From Thermoproteota archaeon (GTDB lineage: Archaea > Thermoproteota > Nitrososphaeria > Nitrososphaerales > Nitrosopumilaceae): 32,000 nt of DNA. Positions 7,579 to 15,268 of this stretch are shown piece after piece. The notes under the pieces are model-generated. The model ran no database searches. It was not told where the DNA came from and saw only the letters and a list, made by a program, of their open reading frames with translations. A program made the translations under genes and the position numbers. The stretch spans positions 422,490 to 454,489 of the forward strand of contig QQVN01000003.1 in assembly GCA_003352285.1 (NCBI GenBank), read 5' to 3'. Position 1 is the stretch's first letter. The number at the start of each line of letters is the position of its first letter.

Positions 7579-7836
7579 CTATGAACTTTTTGGCTTTATT
7601 GCAACCTTTTTTTGTTCTTGTGTAATCTCAATCTCCACTGTCTCTAATGGGTCATCTACTTGATTTCGTCTGATTGAAAACATCTTTGGCTTTTCGAAAT
7701 CTTGGGTACAGTCTGGACACGCATAAACCAAAACCCTGTGTTCATTTGGTGCCTTTGGATTGGATAATCGTGGGTAATAGACTAGTCTTGCTCCACAATC
7801 AACACAATATCTGTTGGCCCTTCTAGTTCTGGCCAA
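7579..7836 (-). CDS. zinc-ribbon protein (TTG start)
   Basis: CVDCG...(25 aa)...CPDC gives a CxxC-CxxC ribbon. TTG is the first possible start after an in-frame TAA, and AGGAGA lies 6 nt upstream. Confidence 0.55.
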   Translation of the reverse strand: MARTRRANRYCVDCGARLVYYPRLSNPKAPNEHRVLVYACPDCTQDFEKPKMFSIRRNQVDDPLETVEIEITQEQKKVAIKPKSS

Positions 7837-7969
7837 TGTAAATCTCCTGCATTATTCCTTATGTGCGATCAATTATTAGATCCATACAGTCTAATTGAGT
7901 AAACAAATTGGTGTTGTTCGATCACTATTACTCATCTGAAAAATTATCTCATACTATGAATTAGCATTG

Positions 7970-7995
7970 TTTCTAAATTCGAGTTTAGAAATATT
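7970..7995. repeat. palindromic element copy C: TTTCTAAA-TTCGAG-TTTAGAAATATT
   Basis: 26/26 identical to the core of copy B. It ends 1-3 nt from the 3' end of tRNA-Asn. Confidence 0.85.
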
Positions 7996-7998
7996 AGG

Positions 7999-8072
7999 CG
8001 CCGCCCGACAGACTTGAACTGTCGACCATCCGATTAACAGTCGGATGCTCTACCACGCTGAGCTAGGGCGGC
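7999..8072 (-). tRNA. tRNA-Asn (anticodon GTT)
   Basis: 74-nt cloverleaf read by hand: acceptor GCCGCCC/GGGCGGC, D stem GCTC/GAGC, anticodon stem TCCGA/TCGGA with loop CTGTTAA, T arm GACAG-TTCAAGT-CTGTC, discriminator G. It is followed by CC-T, so CCA is not fully encoded. Confidence 0.93.
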
Positions 8073-8087
8073 AATAGATTTGTTCCT

Positions 8088-8106
8088 TGATAAAAGCGAT
8101 TTAATC
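8088..8106 (-). promoter_or_regulatory. candidate TATA region for tRNA-Asn
   Basis: The minus strand reads GGATTAAATCGCTTTTATCAAGG. ATTAAAT sits at about -33 to -27 and TTTTATC at about -23 to -17 relative to the mature 5' end. Which box is used cannot be decided from sequence. Confidence 0.4.
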
Positions 8107-8142
8107 CTTACGAACTTCATTTTTAGACACTAAGAGACGAAA

Positions 8143-8430
8143 TTAGTTGAATTTTGCAAAGAATTCCTTGATTTCTTTGGCATGTTTTTCAACAAGATCT
8201 ACAATCTCCATGTGCTCTTCTTTTGATGGTTCACGTTTATGAAAAATCTGAAATGCACTTAATGCAGAACCGACCATCTCCCCTACAAAAAAACCACACA
8301 AAAAATCTCCTGTCCTTTCAACATCCCATATTTGACTAATTCTTGGTGAAGCTCCTGCGTTTTTGTAAAGTTCTAATGTTTGCTCTATTAGAAAATTGGT
8401 CTGTTTTTCAAACTCAGAATCTAGAGTCAT
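8143..8430 (-). CDS. hypothetical 95-aa acidic helical protein, last cistron of the r-protein operon
   Basis: The ATG is 8 nt after the uL6 stop. No r-protein or other motif recognised. Confidence 0.55.
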   Translation of the reverse strand: MTLDSEFEKQTNFLIEQTLELYKNAGASPRISQIWDVERTGDFLCGFFVGEMVGSALSAFQIFHKREPSKEEHMEIVDLVEKHAKEIKEFFAKFN

Positions 8431-8438
8431 GAAAAATT

Positions 8439-8996
8439 TTACTTTTCGATGCCAGAAGTTTTCTCAAAGATATAGATACCATCAAGAAATACTCTGTGAT
8501 CTTTTCCTTTTACTTTTGTTGCTTGTTCAATATTTGCAGCTGTTTGGGTTACTTCTGTTAGTACATGTCCGGTGATGATTACGTCTTCACCTTTTGGATT
8601 TACTTTTGTTTTGCCTATGATTTGACAAACTCTTGCAGATCTTTCACCTTGAAAGTTTTCAATCAAAACTTTATCATCTTTTGTTTTAACTGTGATTGGA
8701 AAGTGTGCAAACACAACTTTCATCTTGATTGTATATCCAGAAACCACTCCTTCGCAAAGTCTTTTGATAATTGAACGAGATGTGTTTAGAATTGCATAGT
8801 CTTTTTTTCTTGTATCGAGTGCTTTTAAGGAAACGTTATTTCCCTCTACTTTGATATCGACAGGAATTTTTTTGAAGTTTTTGTATGTTTTACCCAAAGG
8901 TCCTTGTACAAGTAACATATGTTTATCTAGAGATACTTTTACTCCTTCAGGAACTTTAACACTTGTTGCAAATTTTTCTAATTGTTTAGTAGACAT
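8439..8996 (-). CDS. rpl6: 50S ribosomal protein uL6
   Basis: PEGVKVSLDKHMLLVQGPLGK...FAHFPI...GEDVIITG, in the canonical position after uS8. Confidence 0.92.
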   Translation of the reverse strand: MSTKQLEKFATSVKVPEGVKVSLDKHMLLVQGPLGKTYKNFKKIPVDIKVEGNNVSLKALDTRKKDYAILNTSRSIIKRLCEGVVSGYTIKMKVVFAHFPITVKTKDDKVLIENFQGERSARVCQIIGKTKVNPKGEDVIITGHVLTEVTQTAANIEQATKVKGKDHRVFLDGIYIFEKTSGIEK

Positions 8997-9378
8997 ATCC
9001 TATCAAAAATCCTCCTAAATCTTTACTTGCAGCTTCATGATGTGACATAACTCCTTGATTTGTAGTTACCAATAGCATTCCTCTATCATATGATGGGAGA
9101 TATTGTTGTTCCCATGCTGCATATTCGTCTTTTTTGACTTTGAATCTTGGTGAAATTGCACCACATTTTGTAATCTTCGCTAATAGTGAAATTTTGAACT
9201 TGCCTCCTCTTTTATCATCAATATGCTCAAACTCTCCAATGTATCCGTCTTTTTGTAGCACTTTTAGTACATTAATTCCTAATTTTGATGTTGGATACAC
9301 TAGACATTCATTCTTCCTTCTAGCTTCAGTATTGTATATTGTGACAAACAAGTTTGCGAGAATATTAGTTGCTGGCAT
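8986..9378 (-). CDS. rps8: 30S ribosomal protein uS8
   Basis: MPATNILANLFVTIYNTEARRK...GYIGEFEHIDDKRGGKF...GFLIGYVY. I place the start at the ATG at 9378, 4 nt after the uS14 stop, rather than at the track's upstream M at 9417, which would overlap uS14. Confidence 0.92.
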   Translation of the reverse strand: MPATNILANLFVTIYNTEARRKNECLVYPTSKLGINVLKVLQKDGYIGEFEHIDDKRGGKFKISLLAKITKCGAISPRFKVKKDEYAAWEQQYLPSYDRGMLLVTTNQGVMSHHEAASKDLGGFLIGYVY

Positions 9379-9382
9379 AATA

Positions 9383-9559
9383 TCACCTAAGTTTCTTAAA
9401 TCCCAGAGAATTTGCAACTTCTCTAAAACATCGTCTGCATATCATAAGATCATATTTTTGAATCACAGCTGTATAATCTCCACATCTTTTACACCACTTG
9501 GAACCTCTTCCAAATTCATGTTTTTTTCTTCCCGTGTGTTCATATGATCTATCTTTCAT
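9383..9559 (-). CDS. rps14: 30S ribosomal protein uS14 (zinc-binding type), missing from the ORF track (<60 aa)
   Basis: Hand translation gives MKDRSYEHTGRKKHEFGRGSKWCKRCGDYTAVIQKYDLMICRRCFREVANSLGFKKLR*. It has CxxC...CxxC and sits in the canonical slot between uL5 and uS8. The start overlaps the uL5 stop (TAATG). Confidence 0.9.
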   Translation of the reverse strand: MKDRSYEHTGRKKHEFGRGSKWCKRCGDYTAVIQKYDLMICRRCFREVANSLGFKKLR

Positions 9560-10077
9560 TATACTATAACAGCTCCAAATTGATTTTCCATAAACTCTTT
9601 TGCCTCATCCTCGGATATTCTATGTGTCTTTCCAACACTTGCTTTATGCTTACTTCTTTTTCTAATATTATAACCTGGTCTTGTGAGATTTACTGCAACA
9701 TCTAATCCTAAAATTCCAATATTTGGATCATATTTGATTCCAGGAATATCTATGTGTTCTAGAATTCCAAAAGAAAAATTCCCAAAGTCATCAAAGGATC
9801 TTCCTTTGATTTGATTTCCTTTTGCTTGTAATAGTCTTTTTAGTAATTCTTCTGCATCTTTACCTCTAACTGTAACTGCAACACCTATTGGTTCCCCTTT
9901 TCTAACTCCAAAATCTCTTTGTGTTTCTTTTGCATCTCTTGCACATGATTTCTTACCGGAGATTTGATCAAGTGCTTTCTTTGCAACGTCAATTGCATCT
10001 CCTGACTTACCTACGCCCATGTTTAATACCACTTTATCAAGTGAAATTTTCTTCATTATGTTTTCAGTTTGAGACAT
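9559..10077 (-). CDS. rpl5: 50S ribosomal protein uL5
   Basis: KVVLNMGVGKSGD...GEPIGVAVTVRG...GNFSFGILEHIDIPG, in operon position. Confidence 0.92.
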   Translation of the reverse strand: MSQTENIMKKISLDKVVLNMGVGKSGDAIDVAKKALDQISGKKSCARDAKETQRDFGVRKGEPIGVAVTVRGKDAEELLKRLLQAKGNQIKGRSFDDFGNFSFGILEHIDIPGIKYDPNIGILGLDVAVNLTRPGYNIRKRSKHKASVGKTHRISEDEAKEFMENQFGAVIV

Positions 10078-10083
10078 ATTTTA

Positions 10084-10800
10084 TCACCGAATTTGTAAGA
10101 CTGGTTTGTCTTTCCCTACTGCCATGATAATATCTGTTGGAATTTCGATTTGTCTTTTGCCAAGTTTCATTGATGCCATTTTTGGAAGAATAAAAGTTCC
10201 CTCTTTAATCTCTTCTATAGTTCCAGTCTGACCTGTGTTTGCACCTCTTGTAACAATTGCCTGACATCCTTTTTCTAATTTAATTACCTCAAGTATTTTT
10301 TGTTCTGGAATTTGCATCAAACAAGTATCTCCAACATTTACTTTTTCATCTGAAATCATAGAACGTCCGTCATGGAATCCTAATTGGGTCTTTCCACCTT
10401 TAATGGTGGTTTTACTAACTACTCTGCATAGTTTTTTTGTCTTTTCTGATTCGTTTATCTTGATAGGCTTGAGTACTGTACCATCTATTGGTACTAGGCG
10501 ATAAATATCTGAAACATTTTCTAATTCTACTACGTCCATTAAGCCAATTCCATGATGAAGTGATTTTCTTTTAACTCCGTCTACTGTAACTTTTCCTCCG
10601 TAAATTGCAGATTTTGATTCTCTTAAACTAGAAGTCATCTTTAATGTGTCTCTCAAAAATACAGCTGATGGAATAGATTCTTCTTTAGAGTGTGGACCAG
10701 GTTTTACAGTTACTACAAATCTCTTGTCTTTTCTTGTAATTCCCCAGAAAAGAGGAGCCATTTGTCGTTTTAGTTTTTTACTGCCTGCTATGCTTACCAT
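10084..10800 (-). CDS. rps4e: 30S ribosomal protein eS4
   Basis: GSKKLKRQMAPLFWGI...VKPGPHS...LRDTLK...GKVTVDGVKR, in operon position. Confidence 0.92.
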   Translation of the reverse strand: MVSIAGSKKLKRQMAPLFWGITRKDKRFVVTVKPGPHSKEESIPSAVFLRDTLKMTSSLRESKSAIYGGKVTVDGVKRKSLHHGIGLMDVVELENVSDIYRLVPIDGTVLKPIKINESEKTKKLCRVVSKTTIKGGKTQLGFHDGRSMISDEKVNVGDTCLMQIPEQKILEVIKLEKGCQAIVTRGANTGQTGTIEEIKEGTFILPKMASMKLGKRQIEIPTDIIMAVGKDKPVLQIR

Positions 10801-10802
10801 GA

Positions 10803-11309
10803 TTATTCACTTTTCTCCTTTTTTTTAGCTGGTTTTGATTCTTTCTTTGTTGGTTTCTTTTCAATGTCTGTTTTCTTTTCTTTTGGTGCTTCTTTCTTTG
10901 GTTCTGGTTTTTTTGCTTCTTCCTTAACTTCCTTTGGCATTTCTTTTTTCACATTTTGTGGTTTTTTACCTTCTAGTTTAGACATTCTCCAACTATCTGA
11001 TGTGTTTAATGATGTGATCATAAGATTTGATGTGTGGATTAAAACATCAAATTTGTCTCCTTGTCCTTTCTCTTTTTTAATTCCTTCAATTGCAACACTG
11101 TTTTGTTCAACTGAAACACTTGCAACTTTACCATCTACATCTTTGTATTCTCCACGAATTACTTTGACTGCATCTCCTTCAATTATTCTGACACTACGTT
11201 TTCCATATTTTTTTCTTAATTCTTTTGATAATGTTGATCCTAATTGATTACTTCTCGTAGTTAATGATGCACGATAAATCTGATTATTTCTCATTTTAGT
11301 TGGTTTCAT
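10803..11309 (-). CDS. rpl24: 50S ribosomal protein uL24 with ~50-aa Lys/Glu/Pro-rich C-terminal extension
   Basis: KOW core [25 protein letters not shown]. The tail reads [54 protein letters not shown]. Confidence 0.9.
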   Translation of the reverse strand: MKPTKMRNNQIYRASLTTRSNQLGSTLSKELRKKYGKRSVRIIEGDAVKVIRGEYKDVDGKVASVSVEQNSVAIEGIKKEKGQGDKFDVLIHTSNLMITSLNTSDSWRMSKLEGKKPQNVKKEMPKEVKEEAKKPEPKKEAPKEKKTDIEKKPTKKESKPAKKKEKSE

Positions 11310-11310
11310 T

Positions 11311-11745
11311 TTATACCACCATTGATGCCAAATTAGCTAGTCTTGGCCATTTTTCAGATGCTTCGGCTGCTACTGGTCCTTTAATGTCAGTTCCTTTCAT
11401 TTCTCCTTCCGGTGTCATTAATGCTGCTGCATTATCTTCAAAGGCTACTCTTACTCCGTTTAGTCTTCTAATTGGATACTTTTGTCTGATAATTACTGCT
11501 CCATAGATTTGTTTTCTGAGTTCTGCAGGTCCTTTCTTTACTACTACATTAACAAAATCTCCAACTGCTGCAGCAGGTAATCTTGAAACACGAGTTTTAG
11601 TTTTTTGTACCATGACTATCTCTAAAATTTTAGCTCCGCTATTGTCTGCACAGATAATTTGAGCACCAACTGGCAATGCTCGTGTAACATATGGTCTAAA
11701 TTCGGCTACTCCTTTTGCTTTACCTCTACTTCTACCCTGCGACAT
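11311..11745 (-). CDS. rpl14: 50S ribosomal protein uL14
   Basis: ADNSGAK...[11 protein letters not shown]...AVIIRQK...FEDNAA, in operon position. Confidence 0.92.
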   Translation of the reverse strand: MSQGRSRGKAKGVAEFRPYVTRALPVGAQIICADNSGAKILEIVMVQKTKTRVSRLPAAAVGDFVNVVVKKGPAELRKQIYGAVIIRQKYPIRRLNGVRVAFEDNAAALMTPEGEMKGTDIKGPVAAEASEKWPRLANLASMVV

Positions 11746-12089
11746 TACTCTTTAACCTCCACAACAACAAATGCTACTGACTTTGACAGTGGTCTGCATT
11801 CTGCTGCTAGTACTCTATCTCCTTGTTTTACATCCAAGTTTGAGGGCACATGTGCATGTATGCTGCTTTTACCTCGTGCATATCTTTTGAATTTACTGAA
11901 GTAAATTGGTGATTCTTTTTCAATTACGACTGTGTTTTTTGCATTTGCTTTTACAACGGTTCCTTCAAATAATTTTCCACGAATTGCCAATGTTCCATTA
12001 AATGGGTTTTTCTTATCCCATGCTTCTGGTTCTTTTTCAGGTGTCTTAACTGGTAATCCTATATTTCTAGTCAAATCTTTATCCTCCAT
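11745..12089 (-). CDS. rps17: 30S ribosomal protein uS17
   Basis: RGKLFEGTVVKANAKNTVVIEKE...KRYARGKSSIHAH...GDRVLAAECRPLSK, in operon position. Confidence 0.9.
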   Translation of the reverse strand: MEDKDLTRNIGLPVKTPEKEPEAWDKKNPFNGTLAIRGKLFEGTVVKANAKNTVVIEKESPIYFSKFKRYARGKSSIHAHVPSNLDVKQGDRVLAAECRPLSKSVAFVVVEVKE

Positions 12090-12337
12090 CGATCCTGTGG
12101 TTTTTTTGCAATTTGATTTCCATCAAGTATGATTTTTTCATTTTTAAAATCAAATTCCCATTTGGAATTTTCTTTAGGAAATTTCTTTTCTCCTGTTTCT
12201 GTCTTTAATGTGAACATTGATTTTGTCTCATCGATAATGATTCCATTCTTGGTTATGATTTCTTCATTGGTTGATTCTACAATTTTAGCGTGTAGTCCAA
12301 TCATTTCTGATACTGCTAATAATTCCTGTCTACTCAT
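12071..12337 (-). CDS. rnp1: RNase P protein component 1 (Rpp29/Pop4 homologue)
   Basis: IGLHAKIVEST...GIIIDETKSMFTLKTE...FPKENSKWEF...KKPQDR. This is the canonical archaeal slot between uL29 and uS17. Confidence 0.85.
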   Translation of the reverse strand: MSRQELLAVSEMIGLHAKIVESTNEEIITKNGIIIDETKSMFTLKTETGEKKFPKENSKWEFDFKNEKIILDGNQIAKKPQDRWRIKI

Positions 12338-12537
12338 TGTTTCTTCATCTCATTTAGTCGTGTAAGAATTCTTGCAATGTCTCTTCTAAGTGGTTTTAAT
12401 TTTCCACTCTCTTTACGTAATGTTCCTTTGGATGCATCGGTGTATAGTTTTAACAACTCAGAGCGTGATTGTTGAAGTCTATCTTTAAGATCTTTTTCAT
12501 TTAGTTCTCTAACTGTCTTCATTTTAATTCTGGCCAT
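12334..12537 (-). CDS. rpl29: 50S ribosomal protein uL29
   Basis: VRELNEKDLKDRLQQSRSELLKL...LRRDIARILTRLNE. Confidence 0.88.
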   Translation of the reverse strand: MARIKMKTVRELNEKDLKDRLQQSRSELLKLYTDASKGTLRKESGKLKPLRRDIARILTRLNEMKKQ

Positions 12538-13289
12538 TACTTGAGATTCTCCTCCTCATCATCTAACAATTCCATCTCTTTGATCTTCTCTTCTTCCATT
12601 GCAATCTGTTCTGATTCTGTTCTGGCCTTCTTTTCGGCAGCTGTCTCGTCTCTCATCTTTCCAGTTAACTCATCTTTAACTTGGTGCTTCTTTGCTTTGG
12701 ATGTCTTTAATTCAAATTCTGGCACAAATTTCTCTTTTCTAGCAATTCTTATTCTGATTCCTATCAATCCCATGGCTGTTTTTACATGTGCAATATCTTC
12801 TGCAACTATGACATCTGCATGATGACCTGCACGTGGTAATATTCCAGCAGTGTGTTTTTCAAATGCTGAACGGTCTCCTCTTAGTTTACCTGAAATTGTA
12901 ATTTGAACTCCCATTGCCCCATTATTCATTATCTGCTGTAATGTCCACATTGTGGCTCTTCTAAATGCAGTTCCGCGTTCTAGGTGAGCTGCCATTCTGT
13001 TGCACATCACACTTGGTGATAACTCTGGTTTGTCAATTTCTACTACAGAGATTTGTGGATTCTTTAATTCAAAATCTGAAGCTAATTTTTCTGTAAGTTC
13101 TCTAATGCCGACTCCTTTTCTACCAATTACTATTCCTGGTCTTGTAACATGTAAAGAAACTCGTGTACCTGTTGGTGTCTTTGAAATTTCTGCATGTGAA
13201 AATCCAGCCTCCTTAATCTGCTCTCTTAGGTAATCTTTTAGAAGCATCATGTTGTAGTTGTCTTTAATCACATTTTTTACTGCAGACAT
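12537..13289 (-). CDS. rps3: 30S ribosomal protein uS3 (acidic C-terminal tail)
   Basis: KH domain [22 protein letters not shown], plus [15 protein letters not shown]. Confidence 0.92.
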   Translation of the reverse strand: MSAVKNVIKDNYNMMLLKDYLREQIKEAGFSHAEISKTPTGTRVSLHVTRPGIVIGRKGVGIRELTEKLASDFELKNPQISVVEIDKPELSPSVMCNRMAAHLERGTAFRRATMWTLQQIMNNGAMGVQITISGKLRGDRSAFEKHTAGILPRAGHHADVIVAEDIAHVKTAMGLIGIRIRIARKEKFVPEFELKTSKAKKHQVKDELTGKMRDETAAEKKARTESEQIAMEEEKIKEMELLDDEEENLK

Positions 13290-13291
13290 TT

Positions 13292-13750
13292 CTATACTTC
13301 CTGAGCCACCAGCTCTACATGTGTTAATACGTTATTCTTTGGAGTTGCTCTTCCCATTGCACGTGGGGTAAATCTTTTGATTAGTATTCCTTTATGGGAA
13401 GTCGCATTAACAATCTTTAGTCTATCCAAATCCATTCCTTTGTATTCTGCGTTTGATTCTAAGTTGTCTAACATCTTGATAAATTCAAGAGCTGTTTTCT
13501 GTGGGTATCTTCCTGCCATGACTCCCGGATCTGAACGGTGACCTACGTTTGTTTTGTATCTTCTAAATGGAACTGCTCGCTCTTTGTTTATTACACTTGT
13601 CAGATAATCTCTTGCTTTTTCGATTGTCATTCCTTTGATTTGTTTTGATACTTCACGTGCATGTTTATGTGAAATTTGTTTTTCACGTAGTGAAGCACGA
13701 ACATGTTTCGTTGTGTCATAATTTTGAAATGCGTAATCGAATCTTCCCAT
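13292..13750 (-). CDS. rpl22: 50S ribosomal protein uL22
   Basis: [28 protein letters not shown]...[20 protein letters not shown] use the ATG at 13750; a GTG at 13759 (GTGA overlap with the uS19 stop) is the alternative. Confidence 0.9.
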   Translation of the reverse strand: MGRFDYAFQNYDTTKHVRASLREKQISHKHAREVSKQIKGMTIEKARDYLTSVINKERAVPFRRYKTNVGHRSDPGVMAGRYPQKTALEFIKMLDNLESNAEYKGMDLDRLKIVNATSHKGILIKRFTPRAMGRATPKNNVLTHVELVAQEV

Positions 13751-13755
13751 AATAA

Positions 13756-14151
13756 TCACTTTAGTGGCACATACAAACTTGAACGTGATGCTCCTACACC
13801 TGGTGCACCATGAGTAACTCGCTTATTTGTAATGACATACTCTCCAAGATAATGTCCTATCATCTCTGGAATGATGGTGACTGGTCTAAACTCTTTACCT
13901 GAAAAAACATTTACAGTAACTCCAACCATGTATGGTAAAACAATCAAATCTCTAACGTGGGTTTTAATGGCATTTTTTGATTTTCCTGCTTTGGCAGCTT
14001 TGATTTCTTCAATCAATTTTCTCTTACCGTCGGTAATGCCTCTTGTAAGGGATCTTCTCTGACGTGAATTAAACAATTTGAATAGATTTTCCAATGAGAG
14101 CCCTTCTAATTCCGTTAAGGGCATTCCTCTATACTCGAATTTCTTAACCAT
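13756..14151 (-). CDS. rps19: 30S ribosomal protein uS19
   Basis: THVRDLIVLPYMVGVTVNVFSGKEFRPVTIIPEMIGHYLGEYVITNKRVTHGAPGVGASRSS. Confidence 0.92.
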   Translation of the reverse strand: MVKKFEYRGMPLTELEGLSLENLFKLFNSRQRRSLTRGITDGKRKLIEEIKAAKAGKSKNAIKTHVRDLIVLPYMVGVTVNVFSGKEFRPVTIIPEMIGHYLGEYVITNKRVTHGAPGVGASRSSLYVPLK

Positions 14152-14192
14152 GCATACACACCTTTAGTGAAACTTGAAATTTTGCGACCATA

Positions 14193-14459
14193 TTATAGCA
14201 TTCCTATCTTTGTAGCCAAGTCACGTGCTTTTTCGGTATCTGAAAACTGAACAAATGCCTTTTTGCCTATGTTTGTTCTTGCTGTGTTTACTTTGACTGC
14301 TTTTTCATTGTATAATGTAGAAACAGCTTCAATTATCTCTGGTTTTGATGCTGATTTTTCAACAATAAAACAAATTTTACTTTCATTTTCTACCATTGCA
14401 AATGTTTTTTCAGTAATGTATGGTCTCAATACAATCTTTGTTGCTTGCTCTAAATTCAT
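14193..14459 (-). CDS. rpl23: 50S ribosomal protein uL23
   Basis: ILRPYITEKTFAMVE...FIVEKSASKPEI...KVNT...KKAFV. Confidence 0.9.
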   Translation of the reverse strand: MNLEQATKIVLRPYITEKTFAMVENESKICFIVEKSASKPEIIEAVSTLYNEKAVKVNTARTNIGKKAFVQFSDTEKARDLATKIGML

Positions 14460-15268
14460 TTAACTTTCACCATGATCTCCATATGTGTAGATTTTATCTT
14501 TGAAATTTCTTCAATAGCGTTTTTTGAATAGACTGTTAATCTAATTGGATCAGAGCCTGGAGCTAAATCTAATACGCTGAGTTGATTTGCTGTTCTTACT
14601 TCTACTCCGGGAATACTTCCACAAGCTTGTGCAATTTTATCTGCAGATTTTGTTACAAACAGTATGCTTTTTCCAATCTTTTTACCACGACCTCTTAATG
14701 CAGATTTGCCAGTACGTGATTTTCTTTTTGATAATCTTTCTACATCTTGTGTCAGTTTTAAACTGTCTAATACTTTGAGTAAATCTTTGGTTTTAGAAAT
14801 ATTTTCAATCTCATTTGATACTACCATTGGAAATGATTCTATGCCTTCTATCTTATGTCCTCTTTTTTGAATCAATTCTTTTGATGCGGTAGCTGCAATT
14901 GCAGAGCATAAAGCTAACTTGTTTTCTTTTCTGTTTACTTTTTTGTAAATGACTCTTTCAACATTTGGTGGATGTGCTTGCCTTCCTCCTCTTACTGATG
15001 CGACTCCGCCTGCTTCTCCTTGTCTTCCACCGCCTCCTCCTCTCATTCTTGCAATTCTTGCACTACCATGTCCTGTTGGTGGATCATTTGAACGAGCTAC
15101 TACATCCATGCCTGCTGTAGGATGAGTTCCTTTTGGTTGGTAGTGATGAGTATCTAAATTCACATATGCTTTGTGAATCAAATCTTTTCTGATTGGTGTT
15201 TCAAAAACTTGTGGAAGTTCTACGTCTCCATCTGCTGAACCAGTAATTGATAATGCTTTGACTTTCAT
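14456..15268 (-). CDS. rpl4: 50S ribosomal protein uL4
   Basis: GHGSARIARMRGGGGGRQGEAGGVASVRGGRQAHPP, in operon position. Confidence 0.92.
   Translation of the reverse strand: MKVKALSITGSADGDVELPQVFETPIRKDLIHKAYVNLDTHHYQPKGTHPTAGMDVVARSNDPPTGHGSARIARMRGGGGGRQGEAGGVASVRGGRQAHPPNVERVIYKKVNRKENKLALCSAIAATASKELIQKRGHKIEGIESFPMVVSNEIENISKTKDLLKVLDSLKLTQDVERLSKRKSRTGKSALRGRGKKIGKSILFVTKSADKIAQACGSIPGVEVRTANQLSVLDLAPGSDPIRLTVYSKNAIEEISKIKSTHMEIMVKVK

Noticed and set aside
5179-7995. CRISPR-like array
   Set aside because: There are only three repeat copies with irregular spacing of about 2.1 kb and 0.66 kb. Genes lie between them, and there are no cas genes.
5179-8072. Integrated mobile element at tRNA-Asn bounded by the palindromic repeats
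   Set aside because: There is no integrase, transposase or other mobile-element gene, and I could find no duplicated tRNA 3' segment (att). Composition matches the rest of the window apart from the basic-protein gene. The repeats are better explained as 3'-end or regulatory elements.
14130-14150. CTCGAATTT word near the uS19 start resembling the palindromic element core
   Set aside because: It lies within coding sequence (codons for KKFEYRG), has no inverted arms, and is likely a coincidental 9-mer.
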